A stretch of DNA of 62,932 bases, filler included. It is 5 parts of 5 records of this genome, joined end to end, with 100 filler letters (N's around TTAATTAATTAA, not from the genome) between each part and the next. Parts side by side here need not be neighbours in the genome. Positions count along the whole stretch, not along the records: positions 17,276 to 25,556 come from SRR31156797_90; positions 25,657 to 36,964 come from SRR31156797_93; 3 more parts are not named here. One strand, given 5' to 3'. Shown here one piece after another: positions 18,766 to 28,638 of this stretch (position 1 is the first letter of the stretch; each line of letters begins with the position of its first letter). The translations under genes and the position numbers were made by a program. The notes under the pieces are model-generated. The model worked only from the letters and a program-made list of their open reading frames with translations. It did not search any database and was not told the origin of the DNA.

Positions 18766-21465
18766 TTACCATGCTTTAACTATATTTATAAACACACCTT
18801 TTGATTTATAATCAAGATTTGTTAAATCATCGTTGAATTCAGCAAAATTATATCCAATACCCATTTTTAAACTGTTTGGAAATCTTTTATATATCCCAAA
18901 TTGAGTACCGTGTTTCTCATCTTCCGCCAAATCATTAGTTAAATATTTATACTCACCTGTTAGATCAAGAGTTTTATTAAATCGATAATTTAATTTTGCA
19001 ATATAAAGCCAAGTATTGCTGTCGTACCATTCATCGTCACCCTCTACAAGCATTACTTCTGCTTTTTTGTAGCCGATTTTTTCTCCAAATTGCCATTTAG
19101 AATTTATATCGTATATACCTTCTATTGCGAAGACATTGGCTTTTTCACCTTGATAACTATCTTCGTCATAGTTTGAATCGATCTCTTCATAATAGGTATA
19201 TTTAGATAGTAGATTTAATCTATCATGATTTACAGGTCTATATGCTAATCCAAATGCTCCTTTAATATATTTTTCTGTCTCAATATCACTTTCAACTGTT
19301 CTACTGAAGTCACCCTCTAAAAGATATCTTAGATTTTCATTTTGCTTCCATTCGATATCTGTTGTGAAGATATTTTGAGTTAAAGAATTATTACCGCTAT
19401 CTTTTCTATGTTCAGCTTTGATTTTTTTCTTTAATCTTTCACCTTTATAGCTTGTACCAGCAGTAATTATATCTCTTTCTGTTTCTCCACCTGATTTTTG
19501 TTTTACATCACTTTTAGTATAATCAAGTGATAAAACCCATTTTTCTGCCGGGATATAGTCTACTCCTACTACACTGCTTTGCGATGTTTCGCTATTCGTT
19601 TCGCCTGTTTGCAGTTCACCATAGAGATCTGTTCTTTCGTTTAATGCAGTCTTTGTTCCTAAAGTATTAGTTGTGTCCATTCCGTTAGAATCAGAGAATG
19701 ATCGCTCAACACCAGTGTAAATTTCACTTTTTTCATTAAGCATGTAACCTGTTTCTAACTTCATCATGTTCTTTTGATTACCTGCTCCTACTTCGCCGTT
19801 AACTCTCCATTTATTATGAGTGATGTTAGTTCCTAATTTAGCTAAGTTATTTGCCTTGTCTTCTGAGTTAGCCAGAGTAACTTGTTGACTAGCATAGACT
19901 TCTTTGTTTTCTGTCAACATATAGCTAAGTCCTAATGCACCGGTTAAATCAGTTTCCTGATTATCATCATCTGATTTATCAGTATCAACTTCATACTCCA
20001 GTTCTGATTTTAGAGTTAATTTATCAGATTGTTTTTTATTACTTGCTACTGTAAAAAGATCTGTTTCCTCAGCTTCTCTTACTTTTTTATCATAAGTAAA
20101 TTTAGAATCAGTACTATATACTTCACCACTTAATTCTAATCCATAATTTTTTTCATCTTCTGAAGTAAGACTAGTACCATTTGAGAAACCCTCTTCTTTA
20201 AATGTATAGTAAGTTGAAACTTTTTTAGTTTCATCTATTTTTCTCTCTAGCTCAACACTCCAAGCATTAGGATTTTCATCATTAGTGAAAATAGTTTCCT
20301 GTTCATAATTTAAGCCACCATCTGTTGAAAGAGAACTTTCAGTTAATTCATTTTTTGAAGTTGCAAAACCAGTTTTGAATTTTGTTTTTTCTGATTCGTG
20401 TGTCCAATCTAAACCATAGATTTCATAAGTTTCGCCATCATCTTGCTTATTTTTAATATAATCAGCAGTTAGTTTATTTTCATCATTTGCTTTAATACTA
20501 GTTTCCAAACCGTAATTTTCATCATCTGGATCAGATGAATCAAGTTCATAATCATAATTGGCAACTAAATAATATGTATCATAGCCATCAAAACCCTCTA
20601 TCATTGAATCAGAAAAATAAGCATTAATATTTTTGTTTAAAACGATTCTACCACTTGTATAACTTATCTCATAATCATCACCTTGAATAAGGCTAAGCGA
20701 ATTAAGTACTCTATCAGTAGTAGCATCTCTTAATTCAACTTTGATAGTTTCACTATCAATTAGGATATCATCGTTATTTAGGTAATAAAGCATTCCACCC
20801 GTTGATTCAATAGTATCAGTTGCTGTTAAGCTATCCGGACTATTTGTGAATGCGTTTAATCCAAGCTTATCACCTGAATAAGTAGTGTTTAATCCATATG
20901 ATGATTTGTTATATGAGATAAGGTTATTTTCATTAAAATTAACCCTATAATTTCCCCATAAAAGTCTAAATTTTTCTGACTCCAAAGCAACATATAGTTT
21001 CCCTGATGTAGCGACATCTTTTACTTTGGCAGAATCATCTCCATAAACCGGATAATATTCTTCCGGATCGATCTTCTCAAAGATGCTATTTTTTTCTCTT
21101 TCAGTTAAATTATTGAATACTTTGTCAAGTTCGTTTTCCTCTGTGTCTAGCCAAGTTGTTAATAAAAACTTTCCTTTAATCTTTCCCTTTAGATATAAAT
21201 TGATCCTTCCCTTTGAATAGTGCTCTTTGTAATCAGTAGAATCTTCAATTAATTCAATATCGCCGTCGTTCTTATTGATCCCTGAATAGACTTCGGCAAA
21301 TCCCACAAAAAAATACTCTTCAAAGAATGGAACAGTTTCGACACTAGTACTGTTTACTGTCGAATCACTCTCTTTTTGCTTGTTATCTGGCATAGTGTCA
21401 GCGTTTACATTCAACTGTAAAACTGCCAAAATCGCAAGCAAAGCAATAATTTTTCTTTTTCTCAT
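18766..21465 (-). CDS. Large outer-membrane beta-barrel protein of unknown function
   Basis: Signal peptide; LYLKGKIKGKFLLT and YYPVYGDDS motifs; many amphipathic strands; C-terminal GVFINIVKAW. Confidence 0.8.
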   Translation of the reverse strand: MRKRKIIALLAILAVLQLNVNADTMPDNKQKESDSTVNSTSVETVPFFEEYFFVGFAEVYSGINKNDGDIELIEDSTDYKEHYSKGRINLYLKGKIKGKFLLTTWLDTEENELDKVFNNLTEREKNSIFEKIDPEEYYPVYGDDSAKVKDVATSGKLYVALESEKFRLLWGNYRVNFNENNLISYNKSSYGLNTTYSGDKLGLNAFTNSPDSLTATDTIESTGGMLYYLNNDDILIDSETIKVELRDATTDRVLNSLSLIQGDDYEISYTSGRIVLNKNINAYFSDSMIEGFDGYDTYYLVANYDYELDSSDPDDENYGLETSIKANDENKLTADYIKNKQDDGETYEIYGLDWTHESEKTKFKTGFATSKNELTESSLSTDGGLNYEQETIFTNDENPNAWSVELERKIDETKKVSTYYTFKEEGFSNGTSLTSEDEKNYGLELSGEVYSTDSKFTYDKKVREAEETDLFTVASNKKQSDKLTLKSELEYEVDTDKSDDDNQETDLTGALGLSYMLTENKEVYASQQVTLANSEDKANNLAKLGTNITHNKWRVNGEVGAGNQKNMMKLETGYMLNEKSEIYTGVERSFSDSNGMDTTNTLGTKTALNERTDLYGELQTGETNSETSQSSVVGVDYIPAEKWVLSLDYTKSDVKQKSGGETERDIITAGTSYKGERLKKKIKAEHRKDSGNNSLTQNIFTTDIEWKQNENLRYLLEGDFSRTVESDIETEKYIKGAFGLAYRPVNHDRLNLLSKYTYYEEIDSNYDEDSYQGEKANVFAIEGIYDINSKWQFGEKIGYKKAEVMLVEGDDEWYDSNTWLYIAKLNYRFNKTLDLTGEYKYLTNDLAEDEKHGTQFGIYKRFPNSLKMGIGYNFAEFNDDLTNLDYKSKGVFINIVKAW

Positions 21466-21874
21466 ACTCCCTACCTCTCATCCTAAATTTTGTTAATGAA
21501 ACTACAAAAAAATCAGTAAACTGATTTACTTAAATTTTTATAGAAAAAATATAAATTGCATTAATTCAAAACAATATATCCTGATATTATACTGAATCAA
21601 TACAACTATATAATGATATAGTAAATTAGTAGATTTGTCAACAACTTTACTATATTATTACGCTGTAAAGAGTCTATTAAAGTAATTACTCTAAATGACA
21701 TTTGTTGATGAGTTAGAATTTTTTAATAACTTCAACTTAATTGGTGTTAATTCAAGATTGAATTCATTGTATTTAAAATAGCCTTATTGATCGATAATGT
21801 AGTTATAAGTTTAGAAAAATCATTTCATATTAAAAGCTTATTTTAAAATAAAGGATAGTTAATAATAATATATT

Positions 21875-21897
21875 AAGGTTGAATAAAAGTTGAATTT
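21875..21897. promoter_or_regulatory. 23-bp box with 11-bp direct repeat, copy 1
   Basis: AAGGTTGAATAAAAGTTGAATTT, identical to 23242-23264. Confidence 0.65.
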
Positions 21898-22012
21898 TAA
21901 AAATATACTTAAATATTATTATATAATAGAAAAGTTTCATAAAGGTATCAAAAATAAATAAATTTGGATATTTACAATGATATGCGTAAATATTCGCATA
22001 AATAATTTTTTT

Positions 22013-22063
22013 GCCACAGATGAACACGGATAAATCTGATTTTAAATACCTAAAATCTGCGGC
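22013..22063. repeat. REP-like palindromic element
   Basis: GCCACAGATGAACACGGAT...ATCTGCGGC; imperfect inverted ends, GC-richer than its surroundings. Confidence 0.45.
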
Positions 22064-22096
22064 TAAATGTTTTTAAAGCCATTATTTTTGTAGTTC

Positions 22097-22156
22097 ATTA
22101 TAATATGAAAAATCCCCTTGAAATATTTATTTCAAGGGGATTTTTCATATTATAAT
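22097..22156. terminator. Perfect 29-bp inverted repeat; bidirectional terminator after the tail-collar gene
   Basis: ATTATAATATGAAAAATCCCCTTGAAATA-TT-TATTTCAAGGGGATTTTTCATATTATAAT. Confidence 0.8.
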
Positions 22157-22160
22157 ATTA

Positions 22161-22760
22161 TTATCGATTTCTCGGAGGGAAAGTCCCTTCTAATGCAATT
22201 ATATAATTTACTACTAATGATGGTTGAATATTATTATGATAACCTGAATTTCCATTTTGCTCAATATCAACATTGATATCTATATTAGTTTTTAAGGAGC
22301 AATCAGCATCTTCGTGTGCATATACATTGACATCAACAGCGGTTGTTCTTCCGGCTTTTCCATTAACATTTGCTAAAACTGCATCTTTTGGGTTTGGTGT
22401 TGTGGCCGCTTTTTCAGTTGCTCCTATAGATGCAGTTGAGGCCGATTTGTTTACACTATGAGTATGTGCAGGCATTTCATTGATATCTAGCTGAACAGTT
22501 TCCGTACCTATCTTTGCACCAATTGGAAATCGACTTAAGCCAGGTCCCTGTCCAAAATGCATAGGCACTCTTCCTCTTAAATCTGGAAGAGCAAAATTTG
22601 TTCTCCCATCACCTCCAAAATTTAGCCCTATAACAGCATACAACGCTTGGTTTTCTGATATAGGTATTAATTGACCGTTACAAAATGCCCACCCTTCAGG
22701 TGCGTAATCCCCCGCAAACATTCTTATTTCACCTAAAAAGGCTTCTGTAAATTGACTCAT
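22161..22760 (-). CDS. Phage tail-collar domain protein (microcystin-dependent protein-like)
   Basis: FLGEIRMFAG.YAPEGWAFCNGQLIPISENQALY..FALPDLRGRVPMH.GQGPGLS..MPAHTH..HNNIQP.L.VNYIIALEG.FP. Confidence 0.92.
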   Translation of the reverse strand: MSQFTEAFLGEIRMFAGDYAPEGWAFCNGQLIPISENQALYAVIGLNFGGDGRTNFALPDLRGRVPMHFGQGPGLSRFPIGAKIGTETVQLDINEMPAHTHSVNKSASTASIGATEKAATTPNPKDAVLANVNGKAGRTTAVDVNVYAHEDADCSLKTNIDINVDIEQNGNSGYHNNIQPSLVVNYIIALEGTFPPRNR

Positions 22761-23241
22761 TTAATTCAACTCCTTAGTTATATTTTGTAATTCACAAATT
22801 AATGTAATTCGTGAAAAGTAAACCTAAATGAATTTCATATTATAAATATACTATATCCAAATTAATAAATCAAGACATATTTTTGAAAATATTTTTTAAA
22901 TTCAAAATAAAGTCTGTTTATAAGTTGTTTTAAACGCTATAAATTTATACAATTAGACAATTAAAAGATAAAAAAATAACTTGATTTAAATATGTAAGTT
23001 GGTTTTATTTTGACGATAATTAATCAATTTTTAAGCATTTTGTTAATAAAAGCATAAATAAGGTTATTTTACAAAAAATATAACACTAGATCTTTTTGAT
23101 GTTAATTGATCATAAAATAATAATTAGGAGTTACTTGAATTAAAAAAAAAGAAAAATGTTATAAAATTTTGAATTTAATAAATATTTTTATTTTTCATAA
23201 AAACTAATTTTAAATTCTTAACAAATTTAGTTTATAATATA

Positions 23242-23264
23242 AAGGTTGAATAAAAGTTGAATTT
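23242..23264. promoter_or_regulatory. 23-bp box with 11-bp direct repeat, copy 2
   Basis: AAGGTTGAATAAAAGTTGAATTT. Confidence 0.65.
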
Positions 23265-23281
23265 ATGAAAAAATTGTAAAT

Positions 23282-23316
23282 AAAAAAAGAGCCTTTAGAA
23301 TTGCCAAAGACCCTTT
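23282..23316 (-). terminator. Intrinsic terminator after the response regulator
   Basis: Minus strand AAAGGGTCTTTGG-CAAT-TCTAAAGGCTCTTTTTTT. Confidence 0.6.
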
Positions 23317-23350
23317 AAGTGTTATTTTTCGTGAAAACACACTAAAATTT

Positions 23351-24028
23351 CTATTTTTTTAAACAATAACCCAAATTTTTGTAATTTTCCAGGTTGTTAT
23401 TTAATGTTTTAATTTTCTTTTTTAATTTAGATAAATATCCCTCTAAATTTTTATTTCCCGGTTTGTATGATTGATTCCATATTTTCATATAGATTTTTTC
23501 CTTATTAAGGATAAGTCCTTGATTAATTACAAATAACTCTAGTATTTCTCTCTCTTTATTAGTTAATGGAATTTTATCTCCGGAATTTTCGATGACATAT
23601 GACTGCTCGAAGTTAACGAGCATATTTTTATACCATACTCTTTCTAGTTGATTATTATCCTCATCTCTTTTAAGTAGATTGTTGATTCTTAATAGCAGCT
23701 CTTCGTCATTGAATGGTTTTTTGATATAATCATCAGCTCCAATTTTAAGCCCTTTATTAACTGAGTCTTGTTCTGTTAATTCAGTTAAAAGAATGATTTT
23801 GGGAATTCCGTAAGTTTCAGGACTTCTTTTTACAAATGAAACTATATCATATCCACTCATTCCGGGGAGATTGATATCGACAATTAATAAGGTATATAGA
23901 GTTTTTTTCATATTCTTTAGTGCAACTTCTCCACATTCAAATGCATCTATTGAGAAGCCGTTTTTGGCGAGTATATCAGCAACATATTGTTTTGTTATTA
24001 AGTTATCTTCTATTAGTGCTATATTCAT
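23351..24028 (-). CDS. OmpR/PhoB-family response regulator
   Basis: LIED, IVDINLPGMSG, GADDYIKKPF, LTNKEREIL, GYCL. Confidence 0.92.
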   Translation of the reverse strand: MNIALIEDNLITKQYVADILAKNGFSIDAFECGEVALKNMKKTLYTLLIVDINLPGMSGYDIVSFVKRSPETYGIPKIILLTELTEQDSVNKGLKIGADDYIKKPFNDEELLLRINNLLKRDEDNNQLERVWYKNMLVNFEQSYVIENSGDKIPLTNKEREILELFVINQGLILNKEKIYMKIWNQSYKPGNKNLEGYLSKLKKKIKTLNNNLENYKNLGYCLKK

Positions 24029-25229
24029 GATAATAATCCCTTTCTATGCGATCAATCTCATCTTTAAATAGTTTGAGATTTTTTTTAATTAAGATATTAT
24101 TTTCTTTTGCAACTGAATCATCGATATAGTGTAGTAGGGTGAGAAGTCTGGTTTCATTAAGTACACCACTTCCGCTTTTAAGATTGTGAGTAAGAGATTT
24201 GATAGTTGAGAAATCTCTTTCTTCAAAGGCAGAACCTAGAGTTTTAAATTTTGCTTTTAGATCTTTTAAAAATAACTCATAATATTTTTCCTTATTTTTT
24301 CGTTCTTTTTTATTTATTCTATAAGTATAAAAATACCGTTCAAAAATACTGGAAAAAAATTCAAAGTTTGTAATGTTATCTATATATTCATTAAAAAGTG
24401 ATCTGTCAAAATCAAAAATATTTTGTTTGTCATGAATGCAGACTTTTAAAGTGTCTTTGGATATATATTTTGCCAGATAAGCTCTCAATGCTTTACTTTC
24501 GTTTTGAAGTAAATCATTGCTTACCAAAATAGCGTGGAAGTTATTATTTTTAAGAAGTTCAAGTCCTAAATCAGCATTTTTTACAGCATTAAACTCTATA
24601 TCCATAAATTTGAAAAATTGAGTTAAAATTCTTAAATTAACAGAATTATTATCAATAACTAAAATATTTAAATTTTCATATTTTGTAATAGAAAATTTGT
24701 TTCTTGATTTTTCATATTCTGTTAGCTCAAGTATTTCAGCATTAAATTTTATATTAAAGCTTAGTTTTTTGGAATCATAAAATTCTAATTGCGTTTCATT
24801 ATTATTTTGAGTACTTGACAGAAAAATTAATAAGTTATCATATTTTTTTAGCAAATTGATATTAGTATTATATATTTTCTCAGAAATAAAAATAAAATAC
24901 TGAGTCGAATCATCATCAATAAACTCAGTAAACTCCTGAATTGAGTTAAAAGTAAAATAATCGAGACTATGCTTATCCAATAATTCAATAAGTTTATTTT
25001 GATTATTATCTTCTAAATGTGAAATAATAATAATTTCCGTTTGTGATAGATCAAAGTTAATGCTTATAGGCTCTTTTTTTATCAAAATAGTTTCAAGTTG
25101 TTTTTGCAGATATTTAATTACTCTAAAACATTCATCTTTCTGTTTCTCGTTCATTTGAAGACCAAGTTCAGAGAATAATTTAATTGAGTCAATTATTGTG
25201 TTAATTTCTTTATTTTTAGCTTCAGTCAT
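24003..25229 (-). CDS. Degenerate receiver plus Hpt domain protein
   Basis: ILVIDNNSVNLRIL receiver start with ILVS at the phospho-Asp position; Hpt motif LTHNLKSGSG. Confidence 0.7.
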   Translation of the reverse strand: MTEAKNKEINTIIDSIKLFSELGLQMNEKQKDECFRVIKYLQKQLETILIKKEPISINFDLSQTEIIIISHLEDNNQNKLIELLDKHSLDYFTFNSIQEFTEFIDDDSTQYFIFISEKIYNTNINLLKKYDNLLIFLSSTQNNNETQLEFYDSKKLSFNIKFNAEILELTEYEKSRNKFSITKYENLNILVIDNNSVNLRILTQFFKFMDIEFNAVKNADLGLELLKNNNFHAILVSNDLLQNESKALRAYLAKYISKDTLKVCIHDKQNIFDFDRSLFNEYIDNITNFEFFSSIFERYFYTYRINKKERKNKEKYYELFLKDLKAKFKTLGSAFEERDFSTIKSLTHNLKSGSGVLNETRLLTLLHYIDDSVAKENNILIKKNLKLFKDEIDRIERDYYHEYSTNRR

Positions 25230-25556
25230 AATATAGTCCCTTTTTGATTTTATCTAACTTAAACATTATATAAAATTTTACTAAAAACATCAATGACTCA
25301 ATAATTGTTGGTGTTTTAATTACTTGAAATCACATGATTAAAGCTCTTTTTTTATAAAAATAGTTAAAAAAATCAAAAAAAGTAAACAAGTCTGAAATAA
25401 ATTTTTTCAGACTTTATTTATAACACTTAGCTAGTCAGATAAGCATTAGGCTATTATTTTTGTAATTCATTATATAATCAACTGCAAAACTCATCGCATA
25501 ATACCATATAGGGGTACCCCTCGTGGCATTACTGTAAACTTAAGAAATTAATTTGT

Positions 25557-25656
25557 NNNNNNNNNNNNNNNNNNNNNNNNNNNNNNNNNNNNNNNNNNNN
25601 TTAATTAATTAANNNNNNNNNNNNNNNNNNNNNNNNNNNNNNNNNNNNNNNNNNNN
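25557..25656. other. Artificial contig linker
   Basis: N44-TTAATTAATTAA-N44. Confidence 0.98.
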
Positions 25657-26967
25657 AACAGGCATAGAATCAAATCCAGATTCATTTACACCAGAGTTAA
25701 TTAACACTCTTACTAATGGAATTGTAAATACAAGAACAAACCCTGCACCTAACATAACTTTTGATGATTCACTTAAAGCTTCTTTCATCTCTTTGAATTC
25801 CATTCTGTGTAAGAAATAAGTTACGATTGCAACAAAAATCAAAATACCACCTGGTAAATACAAAGGAGTAATAGAATAACCTAACCCTTCACCTAAAATA
25901 TCTTTAAATGGAATAACCCAAGATGTAACAAATGCTTTTGCTTCTGATGAAACTCTTGTTAAAACAAGGATTAATGCAACTAATACATAAGGAATCCAAG
26001 CTTTTGCTAAAGACATATCAGATTTAATTGTTAATGAATCTAATTTTACTTCAAGTTTTGAAACCCAATGAACTGGCCATTCTTCTTTTGGAGCAAAATC
26101 CCAAGTATCTTTAGGAAGTAAAAAACCTTTTTTTGCTGCTAAAGTTACTAAAGGAAGCCCAACTAATGCACCAATAAGAGATGGGAATTCAGCACCCAAG
26201 AAAATACCAGTTAAAGCATAAGGAATTGTAAAACAAAGACCACCAAAAATTGCGAAAGGTATAATTGATAAACCTTCTGTCCAAGACTTATTTCTACCAA
26301 AAAATCTAGTTAACATAATTGTCATAAATAAAGGAATTAATGTTCCCGTTATTGCATGAATAATAGCTACTTCACTAGTAATGATTTGTAAATATGTATC
26401 CCAGTTAGAACCTACATTTTCTAAAGTTTTAGCTATCCCCTCAGAATCTAAACCTTTATTTACACCAATTAAAATAGGTGTTCCAACTGCTCCAAATGAC
26501 ACAGGTGTTGATTGAATCATCATCCCAACCATAACCGCTGCCATTGCAGGGAAACCAATTGCGACCATAAGTGGTGCTGCAATTGCTGCTGGAGTACCAA
26601 AACCTGAGGCTCCTTCAATAAAAGAACCAAATAGCCATGCAATAATAATTACTTGAACTCTTCTATCTGGGCTAATATTATTAAACCCTTCTCTAATAAC
26701 TCTAATAGCACCTGAATGTTTTAGTGTATTTAGTAATAAAATTGCACCAAAAATAATCCATAAAACTGCTATAGTAATAAGTAAACCTTGAATTGTAGAT
26801 GCTAATACTCTGTTAAAAGTTACATCCCAAATATAGATTGCTACAAGTGAAGTAACAATATAAACAACTGGCATTGCTTTTTTAGCAGGGAGTCTTAACC
26901 CTACTAATAAAACAGCCGCAACCAATATTGGTAAAGCAGCAAAAAAAGCTTGCGTACCTAATTCCAT
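25657..26967 (-). CDS. lctP: L-lactate permease (3' truncated)
   Basis: [39 protein letters not shown]; many TM helices. Confidence 0.92.
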
Positions 26968-27165
26968 AATAACTCCTTCTTTTAATCACTGAAAATGATA
27001 GAGCAAGGAAATGATAATGATATGATAAAATAGCAAGAATGTAGCAATTATTTAATAAATTTTAATTTTTTGAATTAAAGTAACATATAAATCTAACATT
27101 TTGTGAAAGCTAATAATTAAGATAAAATACTATAATGTCAAATAAAAAATAGGATTTTTTAAATC

Positions 27166-27657
27166 ATGGGAAGAGAGTTATCATATTTTATTACCAGTCT
27201 ACTTAGATGGGGAATATTTTTTGGTATTTTATATTTAATATTTACAAATTTTGGAACATTTTTGATTATATTATTTGTATTAGTTGCAATAGCATATTAT
27301 GTATTTTATCAATTTAAAAAGAAACTTAGACAAAATAGTAGTGGGTTTAGATTTACCTTTAATGGTCAAGATTTTTCAAAAGCAAATACAGGTTTCAATT
27401 CAAGCGATTTTGATTTTGAACAATTCCAAGAGCAATTTAGAAGAGGGAATTTTGGTTCACAACAAACTTCTTTTTCAGAAATATCAAAAGCAAAAGATTT
27501 TTTTGGTTTTACAAGTGAGCCAACAAAAGAAGAAATAAAAAAGAGATATAAAGAGCTTGCAAGAAAATACCATCCAGATATCAATGACCAAGATGATACG
27601 ATGATGCAACAGCTAAATCATTATAAAGATGTACTTTTAAAAGCCTATGGCAATTAA
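27166..27657 (+). CDS. Membrane protein with C-terminal DnaJ domain
   Basis: Two N-terminal TM helices; EIKKRYKELARKYHPD. Confidence 0.88.
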   Translation: MGRELSYFITSLLRWGIFFGILYLIFTNFGTFLIILFVLVAIAYYVFYQFKKKLRQNSSGFRFTFNGQDFSKANTGFNSSDFDFEQFQEQFRRGNFGSQQTSFSEISKAKDFFGFTSEPTKEEIKKRYKELARKYHPDINDQDDTMMQQLNHYKDVLLKAYGN

Positions 27658-27690
27658 AATAAAAAATTAAGATTATTAGGATATTTAAAA

Positions 27691-28611
27691 GTGAATATAT
27701 TTTTTAAACTTGTATTATCTAGTTTTATATTTAGTCAGTTTCTTCTAGCAAATATTCAAGAAGAAAATGCCCTTGACAAAAATACTAAGGATGATAAAAC
27801 TCAACAAATAAAAAAAGAAGCTTTATTAATTGGATACTACGGTAGACCAAATACAAAATCTTTAGGTATATTAGGTCAAAGCAATATAAATGACTTAGTA
27901 AAAAAAATGAAAGAGAAAAAAAAGTATTTTGAAAATGAATTAGATAATAAAATAGATGTAAAAATGGCATTTCATATTATCTATGGTCTTGCTACTTCAG
28001 AACCAGGTAGAAGAAACACTTATATGTTAAGATTATCTGAAAAAAGTCTAATGCCATACATAAAAATGGCTCAAGAAGAAGACTTTGAAGTAATAATTGA
28101 TTTACAGATGGGTACAAACACTCCAGTAGAAGCGTTAAAACCTGTACTTAAGTACTTAAAGTATGAGCATGTCCACTTAGCTCTAGATCCAGAGTTTAAA
28201 ATACCTAAGCATAGAAGATATCCCCCTGGTAAATATATTGGTCATATTTATGCTGAAGATTTAAATGCAGCTCAAGAGATGATAAATAACTATGTTATTG
28301 AAAACAATTTAGAAAAAAAACAACTTATAGTTCATATGTTCCATAAAAGAATGTTAAGAAAAAAAGAAGAAGTAAAAAAATATGATAATGTTGAATTGAT
28401 ATATAATATTGATGGACATGGAGACCCTGCTGTAAAAATAAAAATTTACAATTCATTATATAAAAATGAAGAGAAGCAGATTGCAGACAGTGGTTTTAAA
28501 ATATTTTATCACGCAGACACAAGAATAATGACTCCTAAAGAGATATTAGGTTGGGAACCAGCAAATGGAAGACAAATACAAATACAACCTATATATATAA
28601 ACTATCAATAA
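27691..28611 (+). CDS. Secreted hypothetical protein
   Basis: Signal peptide; conserved-looking motifs GYYGRP, IDLQMG, HLALDPEF, IDGHG, GFKIFY. Confidence 0.7.
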   Translation: MNIFFKLVLSSFIFSQFLLANIQEENALDKNTKDDKTQQIKKEALLIGYYGRPNTKSLGILGQSNINDLVKKMKEKKKYFENELDNKIDVKMAFHIIYGLATSEPGRRNTYMLRLSEKSLMPYIKMAQEEDFEVIIDLQMGTNTPVEALKPVLKYLKYEHVHLALDPEFKIPKHRRYPPGKYIGHIYAEDLNAAQEMINNYVIENNLEKKQLIVHMFHKRMLRKKEEVKKYDNVELIYNIDGHGDPAVKIKIYNSLYKNEEKQIADSGFKIFYHADTRIMTPKEILGWEPANGRQIQIQPIYINYQ

Positions 28612-28638
28612 TATCTTCACAAAAAGAGAAAACTGTTT

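Noticed and set aside
21830-22027. 65-aa ORF in AT-rich intergenic DNA
   Set aside because: Low-complexity I/F/Y/L composition, no clear RBS, and it overlaps the regulatory box
22161-22760. Tail-collar gene as evidence of a prophage or tailocin
   Set aside because: No other phage structural, integrase or lysis genes; the gene has its own terminator
27010-27030. ATGATAATGATATGATAA upstream of lctP as a Fur box
   Set aside because: Only a half match with no inverted arm in very AT-rich DNA
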